A program made the translations under genes and the position numbers. From the NCBI GenBank assembly GCA_964500895.1, contig CAZCQP010000001.1, positions 46,721 to 110,720 of the forward strand: a stretch of 64,000 nucleotides of DNA, read 5' to 3'. Under the pieces are notes generated by a model, which was given only the letters and a program-made list of their open reading frames with translations, did not search any database and was not told the origin of the DNA. Source of the DNA: an uncultured Eubacteriales bacterium. GTDB lineage: Bacteria; Bacillota; Clostridia; Lachnospirales; JAISER01. Shown one piece after another: positions 29,125 through 38,616 of this stretch (positions are counted from its first letter, which is position 1; every line of letters begins with the position of its first letter).

Positions 29125-29143
29125 TTTTTGGAGGAATTGGTTT

Positions 29144-31264
29144 ATGAGCATACAAGAACAAGCACAAAAAATATTGTCCCTTTTAAACGACCCCCTATAT
29201 AAACCCATGAAGCCCAAAGAATTGGCCCATTTGATGCAGGTGCCCGAAGATGCCAAGCAGGATTTTAAACAATTGCTGGACCAATTGGAAGCCGAAGGCA
29301 AAATGACCATTACGGCCAAAGGCCGGGTGGTGCTTCCTCAAGGCGCCGGGCTGATTAAGGGCACCTTCATAGGCAACGTCAGGGGCTTTGGTTTTGTGGT
29401 GCCGGAGGAAGGCCAAGGGGACGATGTGTATATCCCCGCAGAAGATACGGGTAAAGCCCGGCATAAAGATGTGGTGCTTTGCCGCCTAACCCGGAACGAA
29501 GAAGGAAACAGACGCAGCCAGGGTGTGGTTGTGAAGATACTGTCCCGGGGCTTTGAGCAGCTGGTGGGCACCTTTTATAAGGAAAAAACCTTTGGGGTAG
29601 TGGTGCCGGACGACCCTAAACTGCCCATAGAAATTCTAGTGGATTTTAAAGACAGCCAAGATGCGGTTACTGGGCATAAGGTAACGGTGAAAATCATTGA
29701 AAAGGAAAACCAAAGCGGGCAGCACCCCCAAGGTGTGATTACCGGCATTTTGGGCCACAGAAACGACCCTGGGGTGGACATTTTAAGCATCATTTACCGC
29801 CACAACCTGCCCATAGAATTTGACGGCCCGGCGCTGGAGCAACTGGACACCATCACCGGCCACATTACGCCAGAGGAAATAAGCAACCGCCGGGACTTAC
29901 GCCATCTGCAAACCATCACCATTGACGGGGCAGACACTAAAGACGTAGATGATGCCGTCACCCTGGATGTGCTGCCGGATGGGGGCTACCGGCTTGGGGT
30001 GCACATTGCCGACGTAAGCCATTATGTGAAAGCCAAAACCCCTTTGGACAAAGCGGCCTATCAGCGGGGCACCAGTGTGTACTTGGCAGACCGGGTGATT
30101 CCCATGCTGCCCCCTAAGCTGTCCAACGACATTTGCTCCCTGAACCCAGAAGTGGACCGGTTGGCTTTAAGCTGCATCATGACCATTAACCCCCAGGGTA
30201 AGGTGATTGACCACGAAATCGTCAATGCCATCATTCAAGTGGATGCCCCCATCAACTACGACAAGGTGGCAGAAATACTTACCAACGACCAGTCCCCCCT
30301 GCGGGAAGCTTATGCCGCCTATATGCCACTGCTGGAAGGTTTGGCCAGGTTAAGCGAACAGCTGCGGGAAAACCGGGTGAAACGGGGGGCCATTGAATTT
30401 GATTTTCCTGAACCCAAGCTCATATTAGATGAAAAGGGCCATCCCACAGACATTGTGCTGCGCCGCCGCAACATTGCCACAGGCATCATTGAAGAATGCA
30501 TGATTTTATGCAACGAAACCATTGCATCCGCTTATGCCTGGCTTACGGTGCCTTTTGTGTACCGCTGCCATGAGAAACCGGAGGAGGACAAACTGCGCAC
30601 CCTTTGGGCCTTTGCTGGCCATTTCGGCTATAAGCGCAAAGGCCGGGGCAACCATGCCATGGCGTTGCAAGGGTTGCTTTCCAAAATTGAAAGCGCCCCA
30701 GAAGAAGCCATGATTAGCCGTGTGATGTTGCGCAGCTTAAAGCAGGCCCGGTATACCCATGAAAACATTGGGCATTTTGGCCTGGCTTCCGATGCCTACT
30801 GTCATTTTACCTCCCCCATTCGCCGTTACCCAGACTTGCTCATTCACCGCATCATCAAAGCCCATTTGGCTGGAGGGTATACCAAAATGCTGGAAACCCT
30901 GAACGAGCATATTGAAGACTTGTGTCGGCATTGCTCCACAACGGAACGCCGGGCAGAAATGTGCGAACGGGATGTGATGGACATGAAGAAAGTGGCTTAC
31001 ATGGCAGACAAGGTAGGCCAGATTTTCACCGGGGTTATCAGCGGGGTTACAGGCTGGGGCATGTTTGTGGAACTGCCCAACACGGTGGAAGGCATGGTGC
31101 CCATGTCCGACATTCCCGGGGATTATTACATTTACGACAAAGAGCGGCTTTGTTTAACCGGGGAACGCACCGGCAAAACTTATGCTTTAGGGGATATGGT
31201 GACAGTGCAGCTGGTGATGGCAGACGAAGAAGCGTGCAGACTGACTTTTACACTTTCTTTTTAA
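29144..31264 (+). CDS. rnr: ribonuclease R
   Basis: 706 aa. Cold-shock-like N-terminus, RNB catalytic motifs (TIDGADTKDVDDAV, HFTSPIRRYPDL) and a C-terminal S1 domain. Confidence 0.95.
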   Translation: MSIQEQAQKILSLLNDPLYKPMKPKELAHLMQVPEDAKQDFKQLLDQLEAEGKMTITAKGRVVLPQGAGLIKGTFIGNVRGFGFVVPEEGQGDDVYIPAEDTGKARHKDVVLCRLTRNEEGNRRSQGVVVKILSRGFEQLVGTFYKEKTFGVVVPDDPKLPIEILVDFKDSQDAVTGHKVTVKIIEKENQSGQHPQGVITGILGHRNDPGVDILSIIYRHNLPIEFDGPALEQLDTITGHITPEEISNRRDLRHLQTITIDGADTKDVDDAVTLDVLPDGGYRLGVHIADVSHYVKAKTPLDKAAYQRGTSVYLADRVIPMLPPKLSNDICSLNPEVDRLALSCIMTINPQGKVIDHEIVNAIIQVDAPINYDKVAEILTNDQSPLREAYAAYMPLLEGLARLSEQLRENRVKRGAIEFDFPEPKLILDEKGHPTDIVLRRRNIATGIIEECMILCNETIASAYAWLTVPFVYRCHEKPEEDKLRTLWAFAGHFGYKRKGRGNHAMALQGLLSKIESAPEEAMISRVMLRSLKQARYTHENIGHFGLASDAYCHFTSPIRRYPDLLIHRIIKAHLAGGYTKMLETLNEHIEDLCRHCSTTERRAEMCERDVMDMKKVAYMADKVGQIFTGVISGVTGWGMFVELPNTVEGMVPMSDIPGDYYIYDKERLCLTGERTGKTYALGDMVTVQLVMADEEACRLTFTLSF

Positions 31265-31363
31265 TAAAAATAAGATAATAAAGAAGGATTTTTATTCTAC
31301 AGCCAGAATATATAATCATGTAATCATTTCTGCCTGTGGGCAGTATGAAAGGAGCTGTTTTTT

Positions 31364-31903
31364 ATGCGGTTTACATTTACCGGCAAAAATATCACCCTCT
31401 CCGATGCCACCAAAGATAAGGTGTCCCAAAAAATTGGGCGGCTGAACCGGCTGTTCCCCAAAGAAGTGGACGTGCATGTCACTGTGGGCGTGGTTAAAAA
31501 CGACTGCACTGTAGAAATAACCATTCCTTTGCAAAAACGCATTTTGCGGGGCGAAGCCACTGCCGAGGACATGAACGTTGCTGTAGACGCCGTTGTGGAT
31601 ATTTTGGAAAAGCAAATGGTTAAATACAAAGGGCAGCTGCATCACCGTTCCGGGAAAGACAGCCGGTTTAAGGAAGAACTGAATTTCTATGCCCCAGACG
31701 AACAAGAATTTGAAGACGGCGGCATCGTCATTGAGCGGATGAAAAAATTTGCCTTAAAACCCATGGACGCCGAAGAAGCCGTCATTGAAATGGACATGCT
31801 GAACCACAACTTTTATGTGTTCAGAAACGGCCAGACCGACGAGGTGAACGTGGTATATCGGCGCAAGGACGGCACCTACGGCCTGATTGAACCGGAATAT
31901 TGA
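31364..31903 (+). CDS. hpf: ribosome hibernation promoting factor (long form)
   Basis: 179 aa. N-terminal S30AE/YfiA fold (MRFTFTGKNITLSDATKDKV..) and a C-terminal dimerisation domain (FYVFRNGQTDEVNVVYRRKDGTYGLIEP). Confidence 0.92.
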   Translation: MRFTFTGKNITLSDATKDKVSQKIGRLNRLFPKEVDVHVTVGVVKNDCTVEITIPLQKRILRGEATAEDMNVAVDAVVDILEKQMVKYKGQLHHRSGKDSRFKEELNFYAPDEQEFEDGGIVIERMKKFALKPMDAEEAVIEMDMLNHNFYVFRNGQTDEVNVVYRRKDGTYGLIEPEY

Positions 31904-31928
31904 TTTTAAAAATTATAATTGTTTTCTG

Positions 31929-31957
31929 CCGGCAAGGGTAACACCTTGCCGGTTTTT
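31929..31957 (+). terminator. intrinsic terminator after hpf
   Basis: CCGGCAAGG-GTAACA-CCTTGCCGG, then TTTTT. Confidence 0.9.
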
Positions 31958-32048
31958 AAATGTATATTTAGTTTGACAAGGTTTGTAAATTATTGCATAA
32001 TAACAGGGTGTACGATGAGCATATTATACGAATAAGAGAGGATAAGTT

Positions 32049-32927
32049 ATGAAAAAACGAATGAAAATGGCTGCTGTGGTGTTAAGCGTGGTTTGTGCCG
32101 CTTCCCTTTGGGGCTGCCAGGCCAAACAGGAAGCAACAACACCTTCCCCTTCCCCTACGGCATCTCCCACTGAAACTGAAGAAGCCCCAGAAGGCGCCGA
32201 AGCAGAAAAGGAACTGCCCTTAACGGCACCTTTAGCCTACGGCGAAATTGATTTACCCCAGCTTACCGAACCGGTTGCCGGGGAAACCATTGCCAAACTG
32301 CACACCAATTTTGGGGTAATCACGTTGCGTTTCTTCCCGGAAGATGCCCCCAAAGCTGTGGAAAACTTTTTAACCCACGCCAAAGACGGCTACTATGACG
32401 GGGTGTTGTTCCACCGTGTGGCCAAGGATTTTGTCATTCAAGGTGGCGACCCGAACGGCGATGGCACAGGCGGGGAAAGCATTTTTGGTGCGGTGTTTGA
32501 AAATGAAACCACACCCAAGTTGCACCATTTAAGAGGGGCGCTAGCCATGGCCAACAGCGGCCCCAACACAAACGGAAGCCAATTCTACATTGTGCAAAAC
32601 AATGATGTTGGTGAAACCATGCGCATTGATTTGGAAGAAATGCAGAAAACCATAGACCAGGTGATTGCAGAAGACGAAGAAGGCAAATTTGTAACTGTGG
32701 GGGATGTTTACCCTGAAAAAATTATAAAAAGTTTTCTGGATAACGGGGGAACCCCTGCCCTGGATTACAGATACACCGTATTTGGCCAGGTGATTGACGG
32801 TATGGACGTGGTGGATGCCATTGCCGCCGTGGAAATAACGCCCTCCAACCCAGATGCACCCAACGATGGGAAACCTGTGCAAGATGTTGTCATTGAAAAG
32901 GTGGAAGTGACTACCTTTGAAAAATAA
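32049..32927 (+). CDS. secreted cyclophilin-type peptidyl-prolyl isomerase (lipoprotein)
   Basis: Lipobox LWGC. FHRVAKDFVIQGGDP and ALAMANSGPNTNGSQFYIV. Confidence 0.92.
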   Translation: MKKRMKMAAVVLSVVCAASLWGCQAKQEATTPSPSPTASPTETEEAPEGAEAEKELPLTAPLAYGEIDLPQLTEPVAGETIAKLHTNFGVITLRFFPEDAPKAVENFLTHAKDGYYDGVLFHRVAKDFVIQGGDPNGDGTGGESIFGAVFENETTPKLHHLRGALAMANSGPNTNGSQFYIVQNNDVGETMRIDLEEMQKTIDQVIAEDEEGKFVTVGDVYPEKIIKSFLDNGGTPALDYRYTVFGQVIDGMDVVDAIAAVEITPSNPDAPNDGKPVQDVVIEKVEVTTFEK

Positions 32928-32943
32928 GCATCATTGATGAAAC

Positions 32944-32979
32944 AAAAAATCTCTCTTCTTAAATGTTGAGAGATTTTTT
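32944..32979 (+). terminator. intrinsic terminator after the PPIase gene
   Basis: AATCTCTC-loop-GAGAGATT, then TTTT. Confidence 0.85.
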
Positions 32980-32994
32980 GTAAGGAGGTAAGGT

Positions 32995-34407
32995 GTGAAG
33001 AAGAAGATGCTTTGGGTCATGCTCATCCTCGTAGGGTTACCCATTTTGGTGTCTATTTGGTGCCATTTCACTGTTTCCCCCAAAGGCGTATCTTTTGAAA
33101 GCAGCGCCTTTCATCCCGCTTCCGTTGCGTTTGTGTATGACTTAACATACACAAAAGATGGTGAGACGGTTTATGAACAAAACATATTCAATGCGGCGCT
33201 TCAACTCATTGATGAAGCCCAGGAGTTTGTGCTGTTGGATTTATTTTTGTTTAATGACGATTACACAAAAAAAGATGCCCCTGCATTTGAAAATGTATGC
33301 GAACAGCTCACACAAGCCCTTATTGCAAAAAAGCAGGCCAACCCAGAGATGGATGTTACCGTCATTACTGATGAAATTAACACCTTTTACGGCGCATACG
33401 ATTCACCCTGGCTCACCCAATTGGAAGAAGCGGGGGTGCAAGTCATCATCACCAACCCCTTGAAAATACGGGACTCCAACCCTGCTTATGCCGGTGTTTG
33501 GCGCACCTATCTGCGCTGGCTGGGCAACAGCCAAAAAGGATGGCTGCCCAATGCGTTCAGTGCGGATGCGCCAAAAGTAACGGTGCGCAGCTATTTACGG
33601 CTACTGAACTTTAAAGCCAACCATCGTAAAGTGTTAATGAACGAAAAGACCGGGCTGGTTACCTCTTCCAACATTGGCCACGATGCCAGCTCCCTCCATT
33701 CTAATGTAGGTTTTCTTGTTCAAGGCAGTGTTTTGGCAGATTTGTACAACACAGAGCAAGTGGTTGCAACAGCCTCTGGTTCGCCTTTGCCCCAACGGCA
33801 ATTTCAAGAGGGCAAAGAGGATGTGCAGGCCAAAGTCATCACTGAAAAAGCCATCCAGCACAATCTGGTGCAATTGTTAAATGATGCCGGGCCAACGGAA
33901 CAGATTCAAATGGCGGTGTTTTATTTGGCAGACCGAAAGGTGGTCACTGCACTTAAAAACGCTGCCCAGCGGGGTGCAAAAGTTTCGATTATTCTGGATG
34001 CCAACAAAGATGCCTTTGGGTTAGAGAAAAACGGGGTACCCAATCGCCCGGTGGCTAAAGAGCTTGTAGAAGCTTCGGAAAATATCGAATTGCGCTGGTA
34101 CCATACACAAGGGGAACAATTCCACACAAAGTTCATGAAAATAACCGGCCCGGAGGAAAGCACCATCATTGGGGGTTCTGCCAACTACACCCGGCGCAAC
34201 ATTGGGGGATATAATTTTGAATCGAACCTGATGCTGGTAGCCCCTAACAGCCACCCCTTAGCCACAGAAGTAGACGGCTATTTTAACAGGCTTTGGCTGA
34301 ATGAAACCGGCAGCTACACCCTGGACTATGATGCTTTTGAAGATTTAACCCGTTATAAAACACTGATGTACCGCTTTCAAGAAATGACGGGGTTATGCAC
34401 ATTTTAA
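32995..34407 (+). CDS. phospholipase D-family protein (two HKD-like motifs), membrane anchored
   Basis: N-terminal TM segment. ANHRKVLMNE..SSNIG and QFHTKFMKI..GGSANYTRRN. Confidence 0.8.
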   Translation: MKKKMLWVMLILVGLPILVSIWCHFTVSPKGVSFESSAFHPASVAFVYDLTYTKDGETVYEQNIFNAALQLIDEAQEFVLLDLFLFNDDYTKKDAPAFENVCEQLTQALIAKKQANPEMDVTVITDEINTFYGAYDSPWLTQLEEAGVQVIITNPLKIRDSNPAYAGVWRTYLRWLGNSQKGWLPNAFSADAPKVTVRSYLRLLNFKANHRKVLMNEKTGLVTSSNIGHDASSLHSNVGFLVQGSVLADLYNTEQVVATASGSPLPQRQFQEGKEDVQAKVITEKAIQHNLVQLLNDAGPTEQIQMAVFYLADRKVVTALKNAAQRGAKVSIILDANKDAFGLEKNGVPNRPVAKELVEASENIELRWYHTQGEQFHTKFMKITGPEESTIIGGSANYTRRNIGGYNFESNLMLVAPNSHPLATEVDGYFNRLWLNETGSYTLDYDAFEDLTRYKTLMYRFQEMTGLCTF

Positions 34408-34415
34408 TTACGAAA

Positions 34416-34555
34416 AACCTCGGGGCTTTGCCCCGAACCCTAACCGCTTTTTGAAAAAAGCGGTGCAAAAACTTCATGAAAATGCCGCTTAGCGGCATTT
34501 TAGGCAAAAGCTTTTTGAAAGGTTTGGGAAACTTTTTCTCGAAAAAGTTTCCCAA
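34416..34555. repeat. four-hairpin intergenic repeat element, copy 1
   Basis: Its reverse complement recurs at 59341..59485. The first 25 nt and the last hairpin (28 nt, GGGAAACTTTTTCTCGAAAAAGTTTCCC) are identical. The inner hairpins are conserved in structure. Confidence 0.85.
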
Positions 34556-34615
34556 GGTCTTTTGTCAACAAATTGAAGCGCCGGGTTGTGTTTAACACTC
34601 CGGCGCTTTCCAACT

Positions 34616-36052
34616 TTATTCCATTTCCTGTTTGGCTTGTTCAATTAACTGTTGCACAGCTTTTGCAACAGCCGGGTCTTCTTCCGCAACCTGGTCCTTT
34701 TCAATCAGGCGCAATGCTTCTGCATTGGCTTTTTCCTCCAAAGATTTTTCACCGGAAGCCACCCAGTCTGCCCAAACACTGTCAAAGCCCACTTGGGTTG
34801 TAAAAATTTCTCCAGCTTGCAAATATTCCACCGTGTGGGGCTGTTCCAAAAAGCTTTCGTGCCCTTCAACCACGGCTTCTATGGCTTCAAAACCAAGCAC
34901 ATCGTCGGTGACCTCAATGGCCCGTTGCGCTTTTTTAATCATGTTTAGCATTTCGTTGTCGATAACCAGCTGCCCCAAGGAAGCGCACATCACACTGCCC
35001 AAGCTGCCGTAGCCGGTAATCATGGTGGCCCCGGCCAAAGCGGGCAACAAAGCATTAAGCATTTTCTCATAGCCGGTTTGTTCGTCCATGGTGCAGCTGG
35101 TGCAAGCCAGGCCGTATACGTCGGACATAAACCCGCAGTGGGTGGCCAGTTGGACGGCAATGGCGCTGGAAATGCCCGTTTCCGGCAAGCCTAAAATACT
35201 TTGGCCTGTTTTCATGTTGGCAAAGAAGGTACGTGCCCCGTAAAAAAGCACTGTTTTAGGGTTAATGAGGTACGCCAGCACTGCGAAAGATAAAATTTCT
35301 GCATGGGCCTGGGCCACACAGCCCGCCACAGTAACCGGGGCAGTTAATCCCCCCATAGGCGCAGACAGTATGCTCACTGGAATGCCAGCTTGAACAATGA
35401 TTTGCAGTGTGTCTGTAATTTCTTTGGGCAAAAACAAAGGAGATTCTGGAGAAATGCCCACTAAACCGATGGGATTTTCCGCCAGTTGAGGGCCGCCGTA
35501 AATTTGAAACAATTCTGCTATGTATTTGGCGTTGATGGCGGTGGATATGCCGGGGCCATAGATGGGTTTCTTGGAATAACGCAACATGGTAACAGCCTGC
35601 ATAAACTGGCTAATTGGGGAGGCTACATCACTGGGATACACCAATGCGCAGGGCAGATTCAGTGCATCTAAATGGTTCATCACACGCACGCTGTCTACTA
35701 AGTCCGACAACAAACCATTTCGGCGTTGGCCGGTTTTAGGGTCTAAAACCCATGGCGCACCCCCGGTGCTGTGAGACATGGCTTGCCCGGCTTCCATAGA
35801 CAGGGTGAGTTTTGCCCCTGTAGGAGAAGCCATGGTGACGGTTTTTTTGGCGTTCTTTACCGCTGCCTCAATAAGCTGGGGGCAATATTTCACCCGTTCA
35901 CCTGTAACCACACACCCGTTCTTTTCAAGCAATGTACGCATTTCCGGGTCTTCAATACGCACACCAAACGTGGTAAGCATTTTCACACCGGCTTGGTGAA
36001 GTTTCTCCAGTTTTTGCACTTCCATAGGTATTAACGATGCACTTGCTGCCAT
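34616..36052 (-). CDS. MttB-superfamily methyltransferase (non-pyrrolysine type)
   Basis: 478 aa. EKLHQAGVKMLTTFGVRIEDPEMRTLLEKNGCVVTGERVKY.. and the overall length are typical of the trimethylamine/glycine-betaine methyltransferase family. The ORF is uninterrupted. Confidence 0.8.
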   Translation of the reverse strand: MAASASLIPMEVQKLEKLHQAGVKMLTTFGVRIEDPEMRTLLEKNGCVVTGERVKYCPQLIEAAVKNAKKTVTMASPTGAKLTLSMEAGQAMSHSTGGAPWVLDPKTGQRRNGLLSDLVDSVRVMNHLDALNLPCALVYPSDVASPISQFMQAVTMLRYSKKPIYGPGISTAINAKYIAELFQIYGGPQLAENPIGLVGISPESPLFLPKEITDTLQIIVQAGIPVSILSAPMGGLTAPVTVAGCVAQAHAEILSFAVLAYLINPKTVLFYGARTFFANMKTGQSILGLPETGISSAIAVQLATHCGFMSDVYGLACTSCTMDEQTGYEKMLNALLPALAGATMITGYGSLGSVMCASLGQLVIDNEMLNMIKKAQRAIEVTDDVLGFEAIEAVVEGHESFLEQPHTVEYLQAGEIFTTQVGFDSVWADWVASGEKSLEEKANAEALRLIEKDQVAEEDPAVAKAVQQLIEQAKQEME

Positions 36053-36117
36053 CTTTCGTTCACTCCCCTGAAGTTTTTAAACATTATACTACAACGGTGT
36101 AGCGGTTTCAATGCGAC

Positions 36118-36154
36118 AAAAAAGCCGAAAATGATTGGTCATTTTCGGCTTTTT
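36118..36154 (-). terminator. intrinsic terminator after the GH18 gene
   Basis: AAAAAGCCGAAAATGA-TTGG-TCATTTTCGGCTTTTT. Confidence 0.85.
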
Positions 36155-36168
36155 GTTAGGCTCAAATA

Positions 36169-38424
36169 TTAATTCGGCATCATCGGCGGATCATTTTCAA
36201 TAATCAGCGGTCTGTCTGGATTCATGTCGTATTCACATGTGTCTATAATATCCAGAATAAGCGCCATATCTGCCAATGTTACATGGCCGCCAGGGTTAAA
36301 GGTTTTTCCCCGGCCCTCTACAATGCCAAAGTAGTACAGCTTGGATATGCAGTAATAAGCGGAATCCTTTTTAGAAATGTCTGTATAAGGCATGGTGTGG
36401 AAATCTATGGTTTCGGGAAGCACCAGCACTTTATCCAGCATTTCGCATAATTCTGCCCGTGTAATTGGGGCGTTGGGGTTAAACTTGCCGTTTTTGCCGC
36501 TAACAACCTTGCGCTTGTGCAGGGCGTTAATATGCCCTTTGCCAGGATGTTGGCCAATGTCGGAAAGGCTAATGCCATCGGTTTCCGGCTGTAAATTGGT
36601 CACTTCAGACAGAATAATGGCGGCATCTCCACGGGTAAGCACAGTGTTATCATTCATCTTATCGTTGCCTGTTTTGCCCATAATATCTTTGAGCTTTAAT
36701 TTCTTTTCTTTAGAAGCATTGCCCGGTTTTGGTTTGCCGTTTGGCAAAGACCCTGTGCTTGGTGTTGGTGCGGGTGTTGGAGTTGGTGCCAGGGTCGGTG
36801 CAGGGGTTGGTTCCGGTGCTGGTGTCGGGGTTGGTGCCGACGTTGGTGCAGGGGTCGGGGTTGGTGCTGATGTTGGGGTTGGTGTTGGTGCGGGTGTTGG
36901 AGCTGGTGTTGGTGTTGGTGTTGGTGTTGGTGTTGGTGTTGGTGTTGGTGTCGGTGCGGGTGTTGGTGCACCGTTCACCACAGTGGTGTAAAACTCCCAA
37001 ACAGCTTTATCTTCTTGCCCCAGTGCCCAGCTGCCCACGCCCTGTAAGCCGTATTTGTTAATAATCTCTAGCTTATGGCGCACAGCCGCTAAGTTGTCAT
37101 ACCAAATGTTGTAGTTGCCTTCCGATAAGATTCTGCCACCCCAGATTTTGGGTTTGGGATCTTCCGGCCTAATGGTCACAAACGCATTTGCAGATTGAGA
37201 AGCTTCATCATAGCGGGCGCTGGATGGATAGTTGGCCAGCAAATATTCTACGTCCTGTGCTGTAATGCCAATGCCCCCTACGGCGTCTCCTTCTTTCCAG
37301 TAACGGCCGAAGAAAGGAATGCCCACCACCAGTTTGCTGGCAGGAACACCTTGGTTCAAGGCATATTTAATGGAATTTTCAAAGAAGGTGCTGCTGGATA
37401 CTGGTCCTGCTGGGCCGCCCATATAGGATTCGTCATAGGCCATAATCATTAAATAGTCACTGTGTTTGGCCAGTGCGTTATAATCATAAGAGCCATGCCA
37501 GCCTAAAGTCCAGCCTTTTGGATTGGCAGCCACTGCCACAGATACAATTTTGTTTGCAGGTAATTTTTCACGCAGCAACCGTGTAAAGTCTGTGTAAGCC
37601 GCTCTGTACGTTTCATTCACATTCTCAATGTCGATGTTAATGCCATCCAGATTGTGCTTTGCAATCATGTCGGCCACCTGGGTTGATAATGCTTCACGGT
37701 TATTTAGGGCAGTGTTGCCTAATGTTCTGTCCCAGTGGTTGCTGATAAAGGGAACCACTGCAATGCCTCTGGCGTGCATTTCGTTCACAAACGCCGGATC
37801 AATTTTATTGGACGTGGTTATAAGCAGAGAACCGTCCGGGTTGATGTCGAAATAATCCGGGTTAACTGTTTTTAAAGAATTTTTAGATGTATCCAAAATT
37901 TTCAAATAGGACATGGTGGTGCCGCCGTATAAATAGGTCAAACTTTCTTTGCTTCCGGTTGCAGACATTGGTTGTGCACCGGTCACGTTGTTCCGCATGG
38001 TAGCAGGCTTTGTGGCCGGATTGTGTGTGTTGGCCGGTGCCTGTTTTTGGGTTGGCACCTGTGTGTTGGTCGGTGCTTGTGTGTTGGCTGGCGTTTTTGT
38101 GTTGGTCGGTGCTTGTGTGTTGGCTGGTGTTTTTGTGTTGGTCGGTGCCTGTGTGTTGGCTGGCGTTTTTGTGTTGGCCGCGTTTGTACCCTCTGGTGCT
38201 GCTTTGGTTTCGGGAATGTTAACGGTCTGGCCTACAAATAATTTACCTGCCTTCACCACCAGGGGGTTGGCCACTGCCAGTTCTTTTGGTGTTAATTCAT
38301 GTTTTTCTGCAATGCCAAAGAAAGTATCCCCTGGCTGTACCACGTAATCCATGGCCAATGCATGAACACCAAAGGTACTGATAGAGAGCCACAGGCTTAA
38401 GGCCGTAGCAACAAGTTTCTTCAT
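36169..38424 (-). CDS. secreted LysM - GH18 (chitinase/peptidoglycan hydrolase-like) - Thr/Pro linker - SLH-like domain protein
   Basis: Signal peptide, then LysM ([23 protein letters not shown]). GH18 catalytic strand [10 protein letters not shown] and MAYDE. A (TP)n linker. C-terminal SLH-like repeats ([32 protein letters not shown]). Start trimmed to MKKLVATAL. Confidence 0.85.
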   Translation of the reverse strand: MKKLVATALSLWLSISTFGVHALAMDYVVQPGDTFFGIAEKHELTPKELAVANPLVVKAGKLFVGQTVNIPETKAAPEGTNAANTKTPANTQAPTNTKTPANTQAPTNTKTPANTQAPTNTQVPTQKQAPANTHNPATKPATMRNNVTGAQPMSATGSKESLTYLYGGTTMSYLKILDTSKNSLKTVNPDYFDINPDGSLLITTSNKIDPAFVNEMHARGIAVVPFISNHWDRTLGNTALNNREALSTQVADMIAKHNLDGINIDIENVNETYRAAYTDFTRLLREKLPANKIVSVAVAANPKGWTLGWHGSYDYNALAKHSDYLMIMAYDESYMGGPAGPVSSSTFFENSIKYALNQGVPASKLVVGIPFFGRYWKEGDAVGGIGITAQDVEYLLANYPSSARYDEASQSANAFVTIRPEDPKPKIWGGRILSEGNYNIWYDNLAAVRHKLEIINKYGLQGVGSWALGQEDKAVWEFYTTVVNGAPTPAPTPTPTPTPTPTPTPTPAPTPAPTPTPTSAPTPTPAPTSAPTPTPAPEPTPAPTLAPTPTPAPTPSTGSLPNGKPKPGNASKEKKLKLKDIMGKTGNDKMNDNTVLTRGDAAIILSEVTNLQPETDGISLSDIGQHPGKGHINALHKRKVVSGKNGKFNPNAPITRAELCEMLDKVLVLPETIDFHTMPYTDISKKDSAYYCISKLYYFGIVEGRGKTFNPGGHVTLADMALILDIIDTCEYDMNPDRPLIIENDPPMMPN
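36759..36972. repeat. coding microsatellite-like Thr/Pro (GGTGTT/GGTGCG) repeat tract
   Basis: Includes a perfect (GGTGTT)n run around 36905..36948. Encodes [12 protein letters not shown] in the GH18 protein. Confidence 0.9.
38065..38172. repeat. three tandem 36-bp coding repeats
   Basis: The unit GTTGGTCGGTGCTTGTGTGTTGGCTGGCGTTTTTGT occurs three times with 1-2 substitutions. Encodes [12 protein letters not shown] x3. Confidence 0.9.
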
Positions 38425-38555
38425 TTTATCACCCTTTGTCATAATATTGGTGTTTATGCAATTTATTGTAGACATCCGACCAAGGATTATGCAGGAAACC
38501 AAACGGTAAATGTTGGTGGATGGTTTTAAATGCTTATAGCATGAATGCCTTTATT

Positions 38556-38593
38556 AAAGAAGAAAACCCCCAATGACAATTTTGCCTTGGAGG
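38556..38593 (-). terminator. terminator after the 141-aa secreted protein gene
   Basis: Minus-strand read: CCTCCAA-loop-TTGGGGG, followed by TTTTCTTCTTT. Confidence 0.65.
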
Positions 38594-38616
38594 TTCCCTT
38601 CTGTATAAACGATGCT

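Noticed and set aside
34283-34555. A 90-aa ORF (MGNFFEKKFPKPFKKLL..) and, at 59197..59535, a 112-aa ORF spanning the intergenic repeats.
   Set aside because: Both run through the four-hairpin repeat element in opposite orientations. The 'protein' similarity merely reflects the DNA repeat, and neither ORF has an RBS.
19910-36052. Pyrrolysine (in-frame UAG) decoding in the two MttB-family genes.
   Set aside because: Both ORFs are uninterrupted at full family length (472 and 478 aa), and no pyl genes are visible in the window.
36696-37061. Several ORFs antisense to, or out of frame with, the GH18 gene. They include a His/Gln-rich 91-aa ORF, an Asn/Thr-rich 96-aa ORF and Val/Gly-rich ORFs.
   Set aside because: They are by-products of the (GGTGTT)n Thr/Pro coding repeat, which stays open in many frames. 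They have no RBS, and the sense frame has clear LysM/GH18/SLH homology.
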